NCBI GenBank assembly: GCA_009859145.1
Contig: VRVR01000065.1
Span: 13,253 to 77,252 of the forward strand
From: Andalucia godoyi And28
Lineage: Eukaryota > Protista > Jakobida
Direction of reading: 5' to 3'
Length of the DNA stretch: 64,000 nt
Shown piece by piece: positions 11,001-20,826 of this stretch. The notes below the pieces were generated by a model that did no database searches, was not told the origin of the DNA, and saw nothing but the letters and a program-made list of their open reading frames with translations. The stretch's first letter is position 1, and each line of letters opens with the position of its first letter. A program made the position numbers and the translations under genes.

Positions 11001-12308
11001 CTTCAAGTCAAGATGCATGTACTCTCGAGAATGCATGTATCCAACAGCAGTCGCAATCTGGGAAGCGATGTGGCGACAAACAAGTAACATCTCATGCGGA
11101 GATGATATCCATCGAGCTGACCAGTCTGTTGATGACACGTAGTCCTTCAATGAACCATGATCAAAGTACTCTGTAAACACTGCTCCGGAGTGAGCAAAAA
11201 CAATCGGTGCAATATGCGAATGACCATCTAGAGCGCTCCACATGTTTTCTTCCACACGCTGAACCTCGGGATGGCATGAAATCTTACAAGCAAGCACTTG
11301 TTTCTGCGACCCAAGATGGACGCGATACACTGCGCCGCATCCACCTACCCCGATGCATTCCAAGACTTCCATGAGCGGTTGTCCGTCGGAATGATGGCAT
11401 AGCGTTTGCACCAGACTCTCCATCTTCTCGTGTGCATACATCAACGGCAAGCGAGGACAGATGGAGAGCTCCAAGGAAGAAGCCGGCCCCTTCGCACACG
11501 AATTCCACGCCCAGCAAAGCAACACAGCGCAACAACAGGCATCAATGTCCGTGCAATAGGTGTAAACAGGTGGTACATTTTTCTGCTTGGAAATCTGCAA
11601 CTGCAAGCAGTAAAGGCGAGGAACGTTGGCAGTAGTACACGAAAGACTGTCAGTGATGGCTGTGGAAAAATCGTGATGAGATCCAACACCGTGAAGAGAA
11701 AACTCAGCAAAACACGCAGACGCTTCCACTGAACGATCCACGGATTTACGGCTGAATCCGTTGACAGACAAAGCATTGGATAGCTGTAGAATTGTGGACT
11801 TCACCAAACTGCCACCGCTTTGCAAGCCTTCCTCGTCTGATTTACGGACACAATAGCATATCAACGGTTTGTGCACTCGAATTTCGTGATTCGCATCGTA
11901 TTTCCAATGACGCAGAGCAGTGCAAGAACCAAAAGCAGACAAAGAAAGATCTTTAAAATCTGAATCCAAAACACACCACACCGCATCACTGTCGACAGCG
12001 CCCCAAAACAAATTAGATGACCAACTCCGAATACTATCTTTGATCTCAGCAACGTTACGTACGGATACAACGTTTTGTCCTGAAATCGCAACGCAAAACA
12101 ATCGCACCACAGGAATCACTTCATTTCTATTCTCATTCCGAGGCCAAAGCTTAGCTAACTTTCGATCATCTTCCGTCAGTCGCGTATACAATGTACACAA
12201 AATGGGATACACCTTCGTGAGAGATGAAGACCATGAATTCGGGATGCCAAACGACAAGCCTTTGAGTTGAAGTTGCGAAAGCGAGTTTTCCAGTGAATAG
12301 TCAACCAT
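8085..12308 (-). CDS. Ser/Thr protein kinase with long kinesin-light-chain-type (42-aa) TPR array
   Basis: 1407 aa. IGVGGCGAVY, LACK, HLDLKPEN, DFG, GTPGW and SDVFSLG are present, followed by many HPxTLxxRxNxAxxLxxxGxYxxA repeats to the C-terminus. Confidence 0.92.
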   Translation of the reverse strand: MVDYSLENSLSQLQLKGLSFGIPNSWSSSLTKVYPILCTLYTRLTEDDRKLAKLWPRNENRNEVIPVVRLFCVAISGQNVVSVRNVAEIKDSIRSWSSNLFWGAVDSDAVWCVLDSDFKDLSLSAFGSCTALRHWKYDANHEIRVHKPLICYCVRKSDEEGLQSGGSLVKSTILQLSNALSVNGFSRKSVDRSVEASACFAEFSLHGVGSHHDFSTAITDSLSCTTANVPRLYCLQLQISKQKNVPPVYTYCTDIDACCCAVLLCWAWNSCAKGPASSLELSICPRLPLMYAHEKMESLVQTLCHHSDGQPLMEVLECIGVGGCGAVYRVHLGSQKQVLACKISCHPEVQRVEENMWSALDGHSHIAPIVFAHSGAVFTEYFDHGSLKDYVSSTDWSARWISSPHEMLLVCRHIASQIATAVGYMHSREYMHLDLKPENVLVSREVWIRENVEKDVVEISGPESVDAIRSIHVCLCDFGLAQVQKNAKPITGTPGWNSLEQQRNEAPTAGSDVFSLGLVLSWLFHPQNARLDNDSSKSFEKWRDSFGYLGSTENLPHFIDSMLLPMMKRTLSDGVVHRPTAFHVANAIRMGCRPDFAIYASPVDAEQLLSSRQRTLFIFEEVFGNNTADYFDQCCRLVSGLHRGGQNVCVCNLFPFDHLSSLLAQGLGATLICKVADSFVDLGKEKIVAHLLNDVLEQSSEGSERISDLDIARQKLAVCVFRQGKCEDAYAMFQSLYKFYDGKFGSEDSTTLGMLSYLGLCLQSLGKSSEADTHLKTVLAIRERILGSKHPETLKSRNNVALGLQSHHQYDSALKMFEALLETDLEVLGAEHPTTLNCRNNIALCYCCLKNYRHARKQFESLISVQEQVLGLVHPGTLQSRHNMAATLLSDGQYESALKMFESLLETDLEVLGAEHPTTLNCRNNIALCHSGLGNYRHAREEFESLISVQEQISGPAHPDTLRFLYNMALTLLSDGQYESALKMFKSVLESQLETLSSEHPITLACRSSIARCHQQLGDYGSAVEQFELLVSVRAQVFGTEHLDTLRSRLDMGLTLQSHCKYNRALKVFESVFETQLKVLGSEHPETLACRSDIARCLEAHGKYSSAQKVFEELVAVQTRILGEACVEVLDLRCCIGWSMADQGKYEMAIIQFRDVQTAAEQALGSSHSLIFHCRYGVVHCWKLIGEYDNALHELDRLLHGQLQAVERDHEQIFSIRKSIASCHMFQGDLDVALEQLECLLKEQEQTLHSDHSSVVRTRYRRAKCLMLQHSNLAISEFKDILHIQQRLFDLEHTDIYETRHEIAYCLMNQGMYDDALAEFSSVMDSQQRLLGDLHPSTLTTHHSIARCRMLHGDHDAALLGYRVVLRDREQVLGPDHPDTMAVSRDLNLCLEQSENCRLRSETQEVH
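9354..9857. repeat. Recent 252-bp (two-TPR) tandem duplication inside the TPR array
   Basis: GAACATTTTGAGAGCGCTCTCATATTGACCATCGGATAGCAAAGT occurs at 9354 and 9606. GAGCAATGTTGTTGCGACAATTCAGTGTTGTTGGATGTTCAGCGCCTAGAACCTCCAAATCAGTCTCAAG recurs 252 bp apart. Confidence 0.9.
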
Positions 12309-12558
12309 TACGAATTAATGGAGCAGAACATCAAAAAAGAAAAAAGGAGAAAGGAGTCCTATTTGGCTTTTTTAGAAAACGGAATTTTACGTGTCAGGCG
12401 TGTCAGCGTGCTGTCAGCCTTCTGAAAACTTCAAGAAGACAGCCTGGTGCCGAAAGGGAAAATGTGTGTGTTCAGAGTTCGGCTTTCACTTCGAAATCAC
12501 CTCTCTGCAGACGAATTCGCTCAAAAGTTTTCTCATTATTTCCAAATTCCCAAAAAGC

Positions 12559-15500
12559 ATGCGCCTAATTCTATTTGATTTGGAAAACACTGCTATTGTT
12601 CCTTCCAGGAATGAACGATGGTTGCTACTGGCTTCCAGTTTGATGGCAAGTTCCACTCTTGACGCCAAACAGTTGTTAAATCGAATCCACAAACATTTGG
12701 ACAGCAATGAGTCGGTTGTCCTGTTAGGACTGTGGAGTACAGCTCGCCAGGAATACTTATTTTCAGCTGACGATTTTGAGTATCGGAAATGCCGTGAGAT
12801 TCAGGAGCGTCTTTCACAATTCGATGAACTCCTTGTTCTTATTGTTCCTGATTGTTCGCGTACGTTCGTGGATGATACCGTTCTTCACCGCAGCGTTGTC
12901 GATTTAGGTTTGCGCCGAGTTGATCCAGTGAATCCAGAATTACGTATAACGCATCACAACAAATATTCAATGGCTTCGAAGGAAAGCGTTCAATCTGTGC
13001 CGTGGGCATCAAAATCATTGCTGCATGAATGTCAGGCCAGCGCCACTGATATTACGTGTGATTGGATGTTTCAGTTTGAGCAAGTCAATTTGTGGAGATT
13101 TGATCGCTGTCTCTCTTCACCGGAAGAGAAAACTTTGAATGATGCAATTTCAAAGGTATTAGAAGAGGAATTGAATGTGTACATTCGAATATCCCCTTCG
13201 TGTGTTGATTCGAACAGACCGTCATTATTTGGATTCCTTTTCTCGCCATTGGGCGCGTTTGGACCAGACTCTGCCCAAGAGCCAGTATTCGGCGCAACTT
13301 TTGACAGCGAAGGCAAAAAAATTGTCGTTGGATGCTTTTTGTATCATGTCGTCTCCGGAGACTTGGAACTGGGCACGTTCGGCAATTTGGAACCTTTTGA
13401 GGACTCTTCTCTTGAATTTCATTTTGCGAGTGATGCGCTGCATGTGCGCGGATTGACAGTTGCAGAAATAGTTGTTGATACACATACGAATCATGTGTCA
13501 CCGACGAACCAGCGTACATTCTGTCTGCATCATGTGCAAATTGAATCCGATGGAACTATGGTTCTCTGGTTCCGTTGGGGTTCACGGATTCTTCTGTGTG
13601 TTTTGTTGAGATGTGTGAGGGATGAAATGAAGGAAGTTCGATACAGCCTGTGGACGCTGGATGGGGCGACAAGCCAGTGCAATGCTGCACTTGGTTGTGC
13701 ATCTGTTGTGTGGTCGCCCGAGAAAGGATTTGCTATCCTTCCTTCCGATGTTTATGGTTTCCGAAATGGTGTTTCTGTTAGCACTACGGACATTCGTTGC
13801 TTTCCTGACTTCCATAATGTGTCTGCTGGAATCCGAATGTGTCTCGGAAGCCATTTATCGGACGGAAGTATGCGTGATACACCTTCTTTCACGTCGTTGG
13901 CCAACTGCGACCGCGGTGAGATCTTATTTTTTGAACGATCTTCTTTTGCCTATATCGCCAAGTTCGTAGGACGAGTTCAATCTGGTCGTTTGGCGTCTGA
14001 TGAAGACTCCTGTGAACTGTGGATGCAGCACAACGTCACAATAGAAGGTCGTTTTGTGAACGAGGTTCCATCAGGTATCATGAAATTGAAAAAATGCGGA
14101 ACTGTGGAATGTACGGCTTACCGCAATGGTTCTGTTGTGGAAGAGATTATGCCCTTGAGCGAGCGATATGCTGCATTCATCCAGCAATTGCGGAAAGCAT
14201 TCTCTACCGACGAGATCTTCCGAAACGAGAATGAGAATTGCCTTTTCGTGGTTCTTCATGACGGTCTACCAGTGTGTTTATTTTGTGTTCGATGCCACAT
14301 TGGAAGCGGTGCGGAGGCAATTGTGTATCGAGGTCTAACTGCGCATCATGGTCCCGTTGCAGTGAAGATTTTCCGTCGATTACTCGATGAGCAAACACCG
14401 GAGGCCAGAACTCAGAAGTTTTTTACGGATCAGCTGGATTATATGGGAGAGGAGGAGTTGTTTGGCCGTATCCCTCGTCAGTCGACAGGCCGATTTCCTA
14501 GTTTGGTTCGAGTACTATACATCGGAGCCGTCGATTTCGGGACGAGTATTCGGAATATTACTCGACGGGAAAACGCTCTTGTAATGTCATACTATCCGGA
14601 AGGCGATGTGTTTGGAAAGACTTCACAGATCCAAAAGTCTCTCTCTTCAATAGCACTGTTCCAACAGTTGAAGCTTCTTACGAGCACGGTCGCTGCTCTT
14701 CATGAGGCAAAGCTTATTCATCGAGATATCAAGCCCAAAAACATTTTGTTGGACAATGGTGAATCGAACGGTTCTTGCTCTTTTCGACTCACAGATTTTG
14801 GGATCTCGTCCGTCCACTTGGAGGCACAAACGTATGTAGATCCCTCTGCGAACGCAAATCATTATCTTGGATCTCCATGGTGGCGACCCCCTGAGTTCGT
14901 TCTCCTCCCTGCATTGCGAACCTATCGTTCAGATGTATTCAGCCTTGGGTGGACTTTGTTGTATCTCGCGCAAGTCCAACAAGAGTGTATGACCAGCAAG
15001 TATTTGCAGCATGCCTGTCAAATCTCCCCAGATTCAAGTTCGGATTTATTCTCTTCTGATGACGAGAACCATTACTTTGAATACATTGAAATGGTAAGCA
15101 GAGACATGCAGTCGTTGCGAGAAGGTCGTATTGAGATACATCTGCGGACAGATGTCCATTCGACGGCGACGTCTCGCATCCTGTTTTCACACCTTGTGTC
15201 TCGAATGGTAGCGTATGACTATTCTGAACGTTTGAAAATGGAGAACGTTATCGCGCATCCCTTGTTTTGGAACACAAAGCAGTGTGTGCAGTTTATTGTT
15301 GATCTTGCTCAGCCGTTGGCAGATTTGTTCCGAGAAGTTCAAGGCACTAACGTCTTGCACTACCAAAATTTCGAACACGAACGCCATTCCTTTGCGCTTA
15401 GGCACTTTTTGTGGCAAACTGTGTCTCCATCTGCCTTACTTCCTTTTTCATCGTCAAGTCTGCGATCGCCCTCAGATTTTGTGCTGTTCGAGTCAACTCT

Positions 15501-15903
15501 AAATCCAGTCTCGTTTGAACAGGCGTTGCTGGATTATTGTGTCCATCCAAAGAATAATTATTCCGTGTACAAGCGCCTATGCTGTCAAGGTCGGATGTGC
15601 ATATTCTTCGTTATGCGTTTTATCCGGAACTTAGCATGCCATACACCATTGTTGTTACGAGTATTCCGTGAAGAAGTGTGTCGCCGGTATGAGAACCACA
15701 CGCTTGTGTGTCTCCTGCTTGGTCAATGTGGAAAGAACGGTGATCTTTTTGGTCGTATTATTGAGGTTGCCAGCGAATTGTCGCTCATCTTATTGGACAA
15801 TGAGAGTCAGTTGTCAATAACGGATCGCCAGATCTTGTTTTCTCTTCGAAGACACGGATTTCTTCCAAAATCTGAGCCTGAGGGATTACTCGGCCTTGGA
15901 TAA
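12559..15903 (+). CDS. Soluble kinase-KEN ribonuclease (IRE1/RNase L-like) with long uncharacterised N-terminus
   Basis: Kinase motifs IGSGAEAIVY, VAVK, HRDIKPKNILL, DFG, PPE and SDVFSLG, then RMVAYDYSERLKMENVIAHPLFW and the KEN motif VMRFIRNLACH. No signal peptide or TM helix is evident. The first ATG is at 12559 (ORF open from 12391). Confidence 0.85.
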   Translation: MRLILFDLENTAIVPSRNERWLLLASSLMASSTLDAKQLLNRIHKHLDSNESVVLLGLWSTARQEYLFSADDFEYRKCREIQERLSQFDELLVLIVPDCSRTFVDDTVLHRSVVDLGLRRVDPVNPELRITHHNKYSMASKESVQSVPWASKSLLHECQASATDITCDWMFQFEQVNLWRFDRCLSSPEEKTLNDAISKVLEEELNVYIRISPSCVDSNRPSLFGFLFSPLGAFGPDSAQEPVFGATFDSEGKKIVVGCFLYHVVSGDLELGTFGNLEPFEDSSLEFHFASDALHVRGLTVAEIVVDTHTNHVSPTNQRTFCLHHVQIESDGTMVLWFRWGSRILLCVLLRCVRDEMKEVRYSLWTLDGATSQCNAALGCASVVWSPEKGFAILPSDVYGFRNGVSVSTTDIRCFPDFHNVSAGIRMCLGSHLSDGSMRDTPSFTSLANCDRGEILFFERSSFAYIAKFVGRVQSGRLASDEDSCELWMQHNVTIEGRFVNEVPSGIMKLKKCGTVECTAYRNGSVVEEIMPLSERYAAFIQQLRKAFSTDEIFRNENENCLFVVLHDGLPVCLFCVRCHIGSGAEAIVYRGLTAHHGPVAVKIFRRLLDEQTPEARTQKFFTDQLDYMGEEELFGRIPRQSTGRFPSLVRVLYIGAVDFGTSIRNITRRENALVMSYYPEGDVFGKTSQIQKSLSSIALFQQLKLLTSTVAALHEAKLIHRDIKPKNILLDNGESNGSCSFRLTDFGISSVHLEAQTYVDPSANANHYLGSPWWRPPEFVLLPALRTYRSDVFSLGWTLLYLAQVQQECMTSKYLQHACQISPDSSSDLFSSDDENHYFEYIEMVSRDMQSLREGRIEIHLRTDVHSTATSRILFSHLVSRMVAYDYSERLKMENVIAHPLFWNTKQCVQFIVDLAQPLADLFREVQGTNVLHYQNFEHERHSFALRHFLWQTVSPSALLPFSSSSLRSPSDFVLFESTLNPVSFEQALLDYCVHPKNNYSVYKRLCCQGRMCIFFVMRFIRNLACHTPLLLRVFREEVCRRYENHTLVCLLLGQCGKNGDLFGRIIEVASELSLILLDNESQLSITDRQILFSLRRHGFLPKSEPEGLLGLG

Positions 15904-16337
15904 TACGCGCCTTGCTCAGCATTCTTTGGCTCTCCTTCTTCTTTATCCTTTACCCATTAAAACCATTTCTCTTCATGTTTGAAGTTCAAAATGCGACATC
16001 ACTGCATACAAATAACAATTTAAAGCCTGTAGACCGATTACAACTGTGGTACACACAAAAGCCTCTTATGATGCTATTTGAAAACTGGAATGGTGCATGA
16101 AATGCGTTCCATCTGAGTTTTTCTCTTGGAGAAGCAATATGTGTGTCAGCTTCGACTTCGTAACACCCATTTATCCTGCTTTCTTGCCATGTGTAGCTGC
16201 AAACTCTTTGTTTTTGGTTTATTTCAGTCGTCTCCCCACGCCCCTCAAATTCTTGGTCGTATTGGAAAGGAAAGGAAACAACTTTACGTTAAATCGTAGA
16301 GAATAAAACAAAGTGCATAGCACAAGTGTTTAAGACC

Positions 16338-17177
16338 TCAATGAAAACGAACGGTGTACGTCTTTCCGGATGACATGGCCATGACCAAGCCTGTCATGCA
16401 TTACATCTTCAGAGGAATTCCTGCAGAATACGGCACTTCCTCCACAGAGTACAGTGTCATCGCACACTCGGGAATCTCGTCGACAGCATTGTTGATGCAG
16501 TGCCGAGCAGTTTCCAAGTGTGCACCGTCACGGAGACGGATTGCAACGTTGATGACAACGGAGTGCGATGGAGTAGCCTTCTTGCCATTGTTACGCGGCT
16601 TTGTGGTGGCTTTCTGGCCGCCATCCTTGCCACCGTTCCTTGCAGTATCCGGAATAGACGCAGGAAGATTGATGGGTAGTGCAGCATTGTTGGACTTGGC
16701 ATCAATCTCGACAACTTCATCATCCTGGAACGACACAGGGACATCGCAGTCACGATTGGTCGGTGTAGTTTCCTCGAGACCATTCTGCAATATGAGACCC
16801 GCTGGCAATTCGATGTCAGATTCGTTGTTCGACTCCGAAACCGATGATTCGTCGTCTTCGCGCTGCACTGGATTGAGCTCATGCTTCTCCATCGTCGGAG
16901 GCGTACGTTCCTTGGGGGTGTCAATACGGACTTTTGGAGAGCCGTCGCCAGACCTCACTTTCTTGGATCTCTTGGTACGCACCTTGCCAGTCATTTCGTC
17001 GACACTACGCTTGATTGGAGTGTACTTCGGAGCCTGCTTGGGCCCTTCAAAAGACTTTCCCGTCTCGACCGCAATCGGTTTCAACAAAGGCATAGACAGA
17101 GTGCTGGCACAGAGTTCCTGGGAGATTGCCAGCTTCGGCTTCGCAGGAGATTTCAAGGAAATGGTCGGTTGAGACAT
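16338..17177 (-). pseudogene. Clamp-like gene C: disordered N-terminus + start of a PCNA/Rad9-like fold, truncated by stops
   Basis: AIRLRDGAHLETARHCINNAVDEIPECAMTL resembles the PCNA N-terminus ([27 protein letters not shown]). After TAA 16401 the same frame reads CMTGLVMAMSSGKTYTVRFH, similar to Rad9 DGLSLRTVNSSRSAYACF. Confidence 0.45.
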
Positions 17178-17235
17178 CGGGGGTTTCGTAGTTAGTTTTC
17201 ACAAAGAAACAAGAGAGGGAACAAAGTTGGAAGAC

Positions 17236-19077
17236 TCAATAAGAATGGAAAAAGGAAACAAGAAGAGAAAACAAGTGACGGAGCAGCTTTATGATCTTTT
17301 TTCGAGTCTCTTCAAAATTCTCTGCAGTCGTCGAAGTCTTCGAAGTCACGCGGATGCGAGCAGATTGCCAATTCCGGATCTGCACCACCGAAGCAACAAA
17401 TCCGGATCGGGCCAAGGTCGCCGTGATGCAGGCAGACAGAGCAAAGAACAATCTGTCAATTTGGACCTGAAAATAAAGAAGGTCTTTCGATCTGGAAGAT
17501 GGAAATCGCGGTATTAGAATACTTTGATTACCTAAACGTGAACAACGAGCATCAGACACCCAAAAAGATGCACAGTCCATGCGAAATATGAAAACATCCA
17601 TGGATGTCCACTGACAGCGGCCCGAGCACGACGAGGAAGATTCCAGAGACTTTGCAATTGCCTTGTGTTGCACATCTTTCTCACATGTCGTAAACTTGTG
17701 GTCCATAATAAGGCAGCTTGCGAGTTCACGAATGCGGTGCTTATCAAAAGGGGCGGACTTCAGAATATGCTCGATCATGCTAAGAACAACGTCTCATTGC
17801 ACTCGTTGCGTATAAGCGCTTGGTTGGTGAACTGAAGACAACCAACAGCGGATCCTGGACCTCGAAATGGATGGTAAAGCTTCATTCTTGCGCGAATTGG
17901 AGCAAGAATCAACCGAGCATCCTTCTCAGTGAGGCAGATTGTGTATTTGCAACGAAAGGGACACGTAAAAACCGAGAGCTTTTGTGGGATAAAGGACCAC
18001 AGTAATCATGTTCTTGACTCCTTTCCGAGAGTATCTTTCACAGTACTGCGCAATATGTCGCATTCTAATCTCGTTTCACAAAACGAAAGGGAGTGGATGC
18101 AGAATTTCGTCTCTGTTTGTGAGTCTTGGCGCCTCAAGTTTTGCCCTCTTCTGCATTTAAATTGAGATAATTTTCTGCTTGTTTTCTTTCTGATACGCCA
18201 CAAACGAAATATAAAACACAGACAAAATCGGAGTTTTACTGAAAATAAACGTTGCAGAAGAACAGGAACAGTTTGCGTTTGCAAACACTCGACCATTTCG
18301 TGTGGTTACTGTCTTTGACGAAGTCGCCGATCACTTGTTAATCTTTTCTTGAGCATTGCAGCGGAAAATGCGCTGCTTCATGCGATGCAGAGAAGATGCT
18401 GCGGCCATGACAATCCTTACCAAATGCTGAAACTTGGAAACGGAAATCTTGACACAATTCGGCTGTGACCCCCTCACCGTCTCTCCAGCGATAGCAGGAG
18501 GATGATTATTTTCAGAATCGGCTGGCGCGATGTCGTTGAGATCAACGTCATCCTCCTCGTCATCATAATCATCCTCGTCGTCGTCATCGTCGTCTTCTTT
18601 TTCGTTGTCGTTGTCACTGACCACACACCTGATTTCATCCTCTGCGGCTTCGTTTTCCGTCTCCGTTCCCTTTTCTTCATCTTTCTTATCATCAATGTCT
18701 TCCTTGTTCTGCTTCAGAGAGTACGGAATGAATGCTGTGCATCCAGTATTCGAAGATTCGAGGATGTTTGCAGTATTACTCTCTTTGTTTTCTGCGAATA
18801 AAACAGAGTCTTTGACATCCGCGGTGCCCCGTGCGTCATTCTCTACTTCGCAGCTGTGCTTCGCCTTCTTCGATGAGGGTTCCACAAATCCCGAACTTTC
18901 GGTTTCGGAAGCAATTCGTTTGGCCTTAACATGCGAATGAGTCGAAATCGAAGCTGCAGTGGAGTTTCCAAAGCCTCTCTGCGCCTTTACAGAAGAAGAC
19001 GAAGAAGAAGTGCGCTCCGCGTGGGCGATGGACTGCTGCTTCGTTTTAAAAGGCTTTCGAAATGTTTTGGGATTCAT
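17236..19077 (-). pseudogene. Clamp-like gene A: acidic disordered N-terminus + Rad9/PCNA-like fold, single frame with five in-frame stops
   Basis: ORFs 18331-19077 and 17236-17778 share a frame, with stops at 18331, 18157, 18076, 17926 and 17794. Rad9/PCNA-like segments: AAASSLHRM, SCSSATFIF, IRMR...KGVKNMITVVL, IHNLP, RIRELASCLIMDHKFTTCEKDV, RLFFALSACI. Confidence 0.55.
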
Positions 19078-19198
19078 GAGTCCAGGGTTGATGTTTGGTC
19101 AGAGAAGTAAATAAAAGGATGAAGAAGACGAAAATTCAAGTAAGAAGTGGATATGAAAGTATGAAGATTTCAACAGGAAAAGAATTCAAGGAGAGAGC

Positions 19199-20470
19199 CT
19201 ACATCGATTGGGCAACTGTGACATGAAAGTTCAGCGTTTCCGAAATCCCACAAGTCCGCGAAGTCGCTGTGATGTGAGCAGATCTCTGTTGCTCGTCCCA
19301 ATATAGAAGTACCGGTATGAGTAAAACAAAGATGTGGACTAGGCGACTAGCTAATCGCGCAGACTGTAGTTAGCTAGCCTCACCCAGCCGCTGTTCGAAA
19401 CCTTAGAAAATCAACTTCCGTGCTTTCATCTCTTTCTTTAACTGGTGTGATAACCTGCCCATGGCTCAGTGCGTTTCCAGATTATTCTGAACTCGAGATG
19501 TGAGTAACAGCAAAGTTTCCAAATCATTTAATGAACCGAAGAGTTAATTTCCCTGCGGAATGTGAATTGATAGCGTCCCTATCACTGTTTTGATTTATTC
19601 GTACGATGAACGTATTTTCGAGTGCTCTGCAAACCATTTCATAACATCCCTCTCTTACAAAGGTAGAATAGACTCTGAGATTTCCATGTTTTTGACGTGG
19701 TTGCTTGACACGGAGCCATTATGTTTGGAAGAAGAAGAGTCTGCGATTTCGGAAATCAAACAGAGCACAGAGAGATACTGCAGCTCACAGGCTGAGTGTT
19801 TATTTCAATAGAATCGCATAAGAACAAGAGTCGTCAGCATCTCGACCATTCAGATGTATGACTCGACTTTCATGGAATCCATCATTTAGAGAGCATGATT
19901 CTCTGTCGGAATGCAGCGAAAAGTGCACTCCCCGATGCGGTGGAATGATAGCGCTGCATATTCGATAATCATCGCCATATGTTCGAACTTCGGGACATGA
20001 AACTCAACACAGAATGGAGGCAGCTGGTTTGCCTTCTTATCTGACCAAACATTCTGATTGGACATTGTTTTGGTGCTATCGGAACCAGCAGACTCAGTAA
20101 TGTCATCATTCTCGTTGTCGTCATTCTCATCTTCATCGTCCTCGTCGCCATCATCGTCGGATATGCCCTCACTGCCTTCCTCAGAATCCTCTTCGTCCGT
20201 TTCGGCGATGTCCTCGTATTCTTCATCGACTACATATTCCTCAAGAAAACCTTTCACAAGCGGAGAGAGCTGAGTCTTCGCCTTCTTCGACGTACGTTCC
20301 GCAAGTTCCGTAAGGTTCGTCTCAGCAGTAGCACGTTTTGCAGAAGAATATGGAACCTCGGATACGTTTCCGGCATCCTCTGCCATGGTAGAGAAAGGCG
20401 ATTCCGAAATCGGCTGAAACTTCGACGCAGGGAATGTGGAAGGGATTTGAGAATTCATGAGACTTCGCAT
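19199..20470 (-). pseudogene. Clamp-like gene B: acidic disordered N-terminus + Rad9-like fold, disrupted
   Basis: The C-terminus of ORF 19886-20470 (FCVEFHVPKFEHMAMIIEYAALSFHRIGECTFRC) aligns with gene A (CVKISVSKFQHLVRIVMAAASSLHRMKQRIFRC) and with Rad9 (KAVHSLSRIGDEL). A shifted frame gives NGRDADDSCSYAILL. The original frame later gives LVHIFVLLIPVLLYW...SAHITATSR, like the last clamp strands. Confidence 0.55.
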
Positions 20471-20826
20471 TATTAGTTGGTCAAAGGAGCAGACAAAGGA
20501 ACAAATGATGTTGAATTCTCAGTGATAAACGAAAAAAAGAATCAACGGATGATAATCATAAAAAGTGAAACGAGCGCAATATTCATACTCTCCTGAGAAC
20601 AGAAACGTCGCAGTCACGCAAGTCACCGCATTGCGAGCAGAAACAGTCCAAATGCGGAGGGCGTTCCGCTGAATCCACCTCGCAAAAGGTGAAGTGCGTG
20701 AAGTCTGCGAAGTCAAAGATTACGACTGCTTCTACCATTTTTCTCCATAAACTTTAGACCATGTCTGCCTTCTGTGCTTACATTTCACTTTTTTTCGTTA
20801 TGCATCCCAACTTAAATCGCGTTCAG

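Noticed and set aside
16389-16402. Possible 14-nt GTAATGCATGACAG intron removing the gene C stop
   Set aside because: It is very short, the spliced product loses the Rad9-like match and stops after 20 codons, and no tiny introns are evident in the long intact genes.
16354-17172. 272-aa plus-strand ORF, and similar ORFs such as 1724-2077, 8861-9355, 20058-20273, 22439-23236, 45576-46010 and 58207-58707
   Set aside because: They are antisense or alternate-frame shadows of genes with recognisable motifs and have no independent coding signal.
19347-19377. CTAGCTAA...TTAGCTAG 8-bp inverted repeat
   Set aside because: A short stem with a 15-nt loop is expected by chance in 64 kb, and it lies inside a decayed coding region.
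19850-19890. AL*MMDSMKV in gene B's original frame resembles PCNA LQSMDSSHV
   Set aside because: A shifted frame (NGRDADDSCSYA) aligns better with paralog A (NGR...ANCSCSSA), so this match is probably coincidental.
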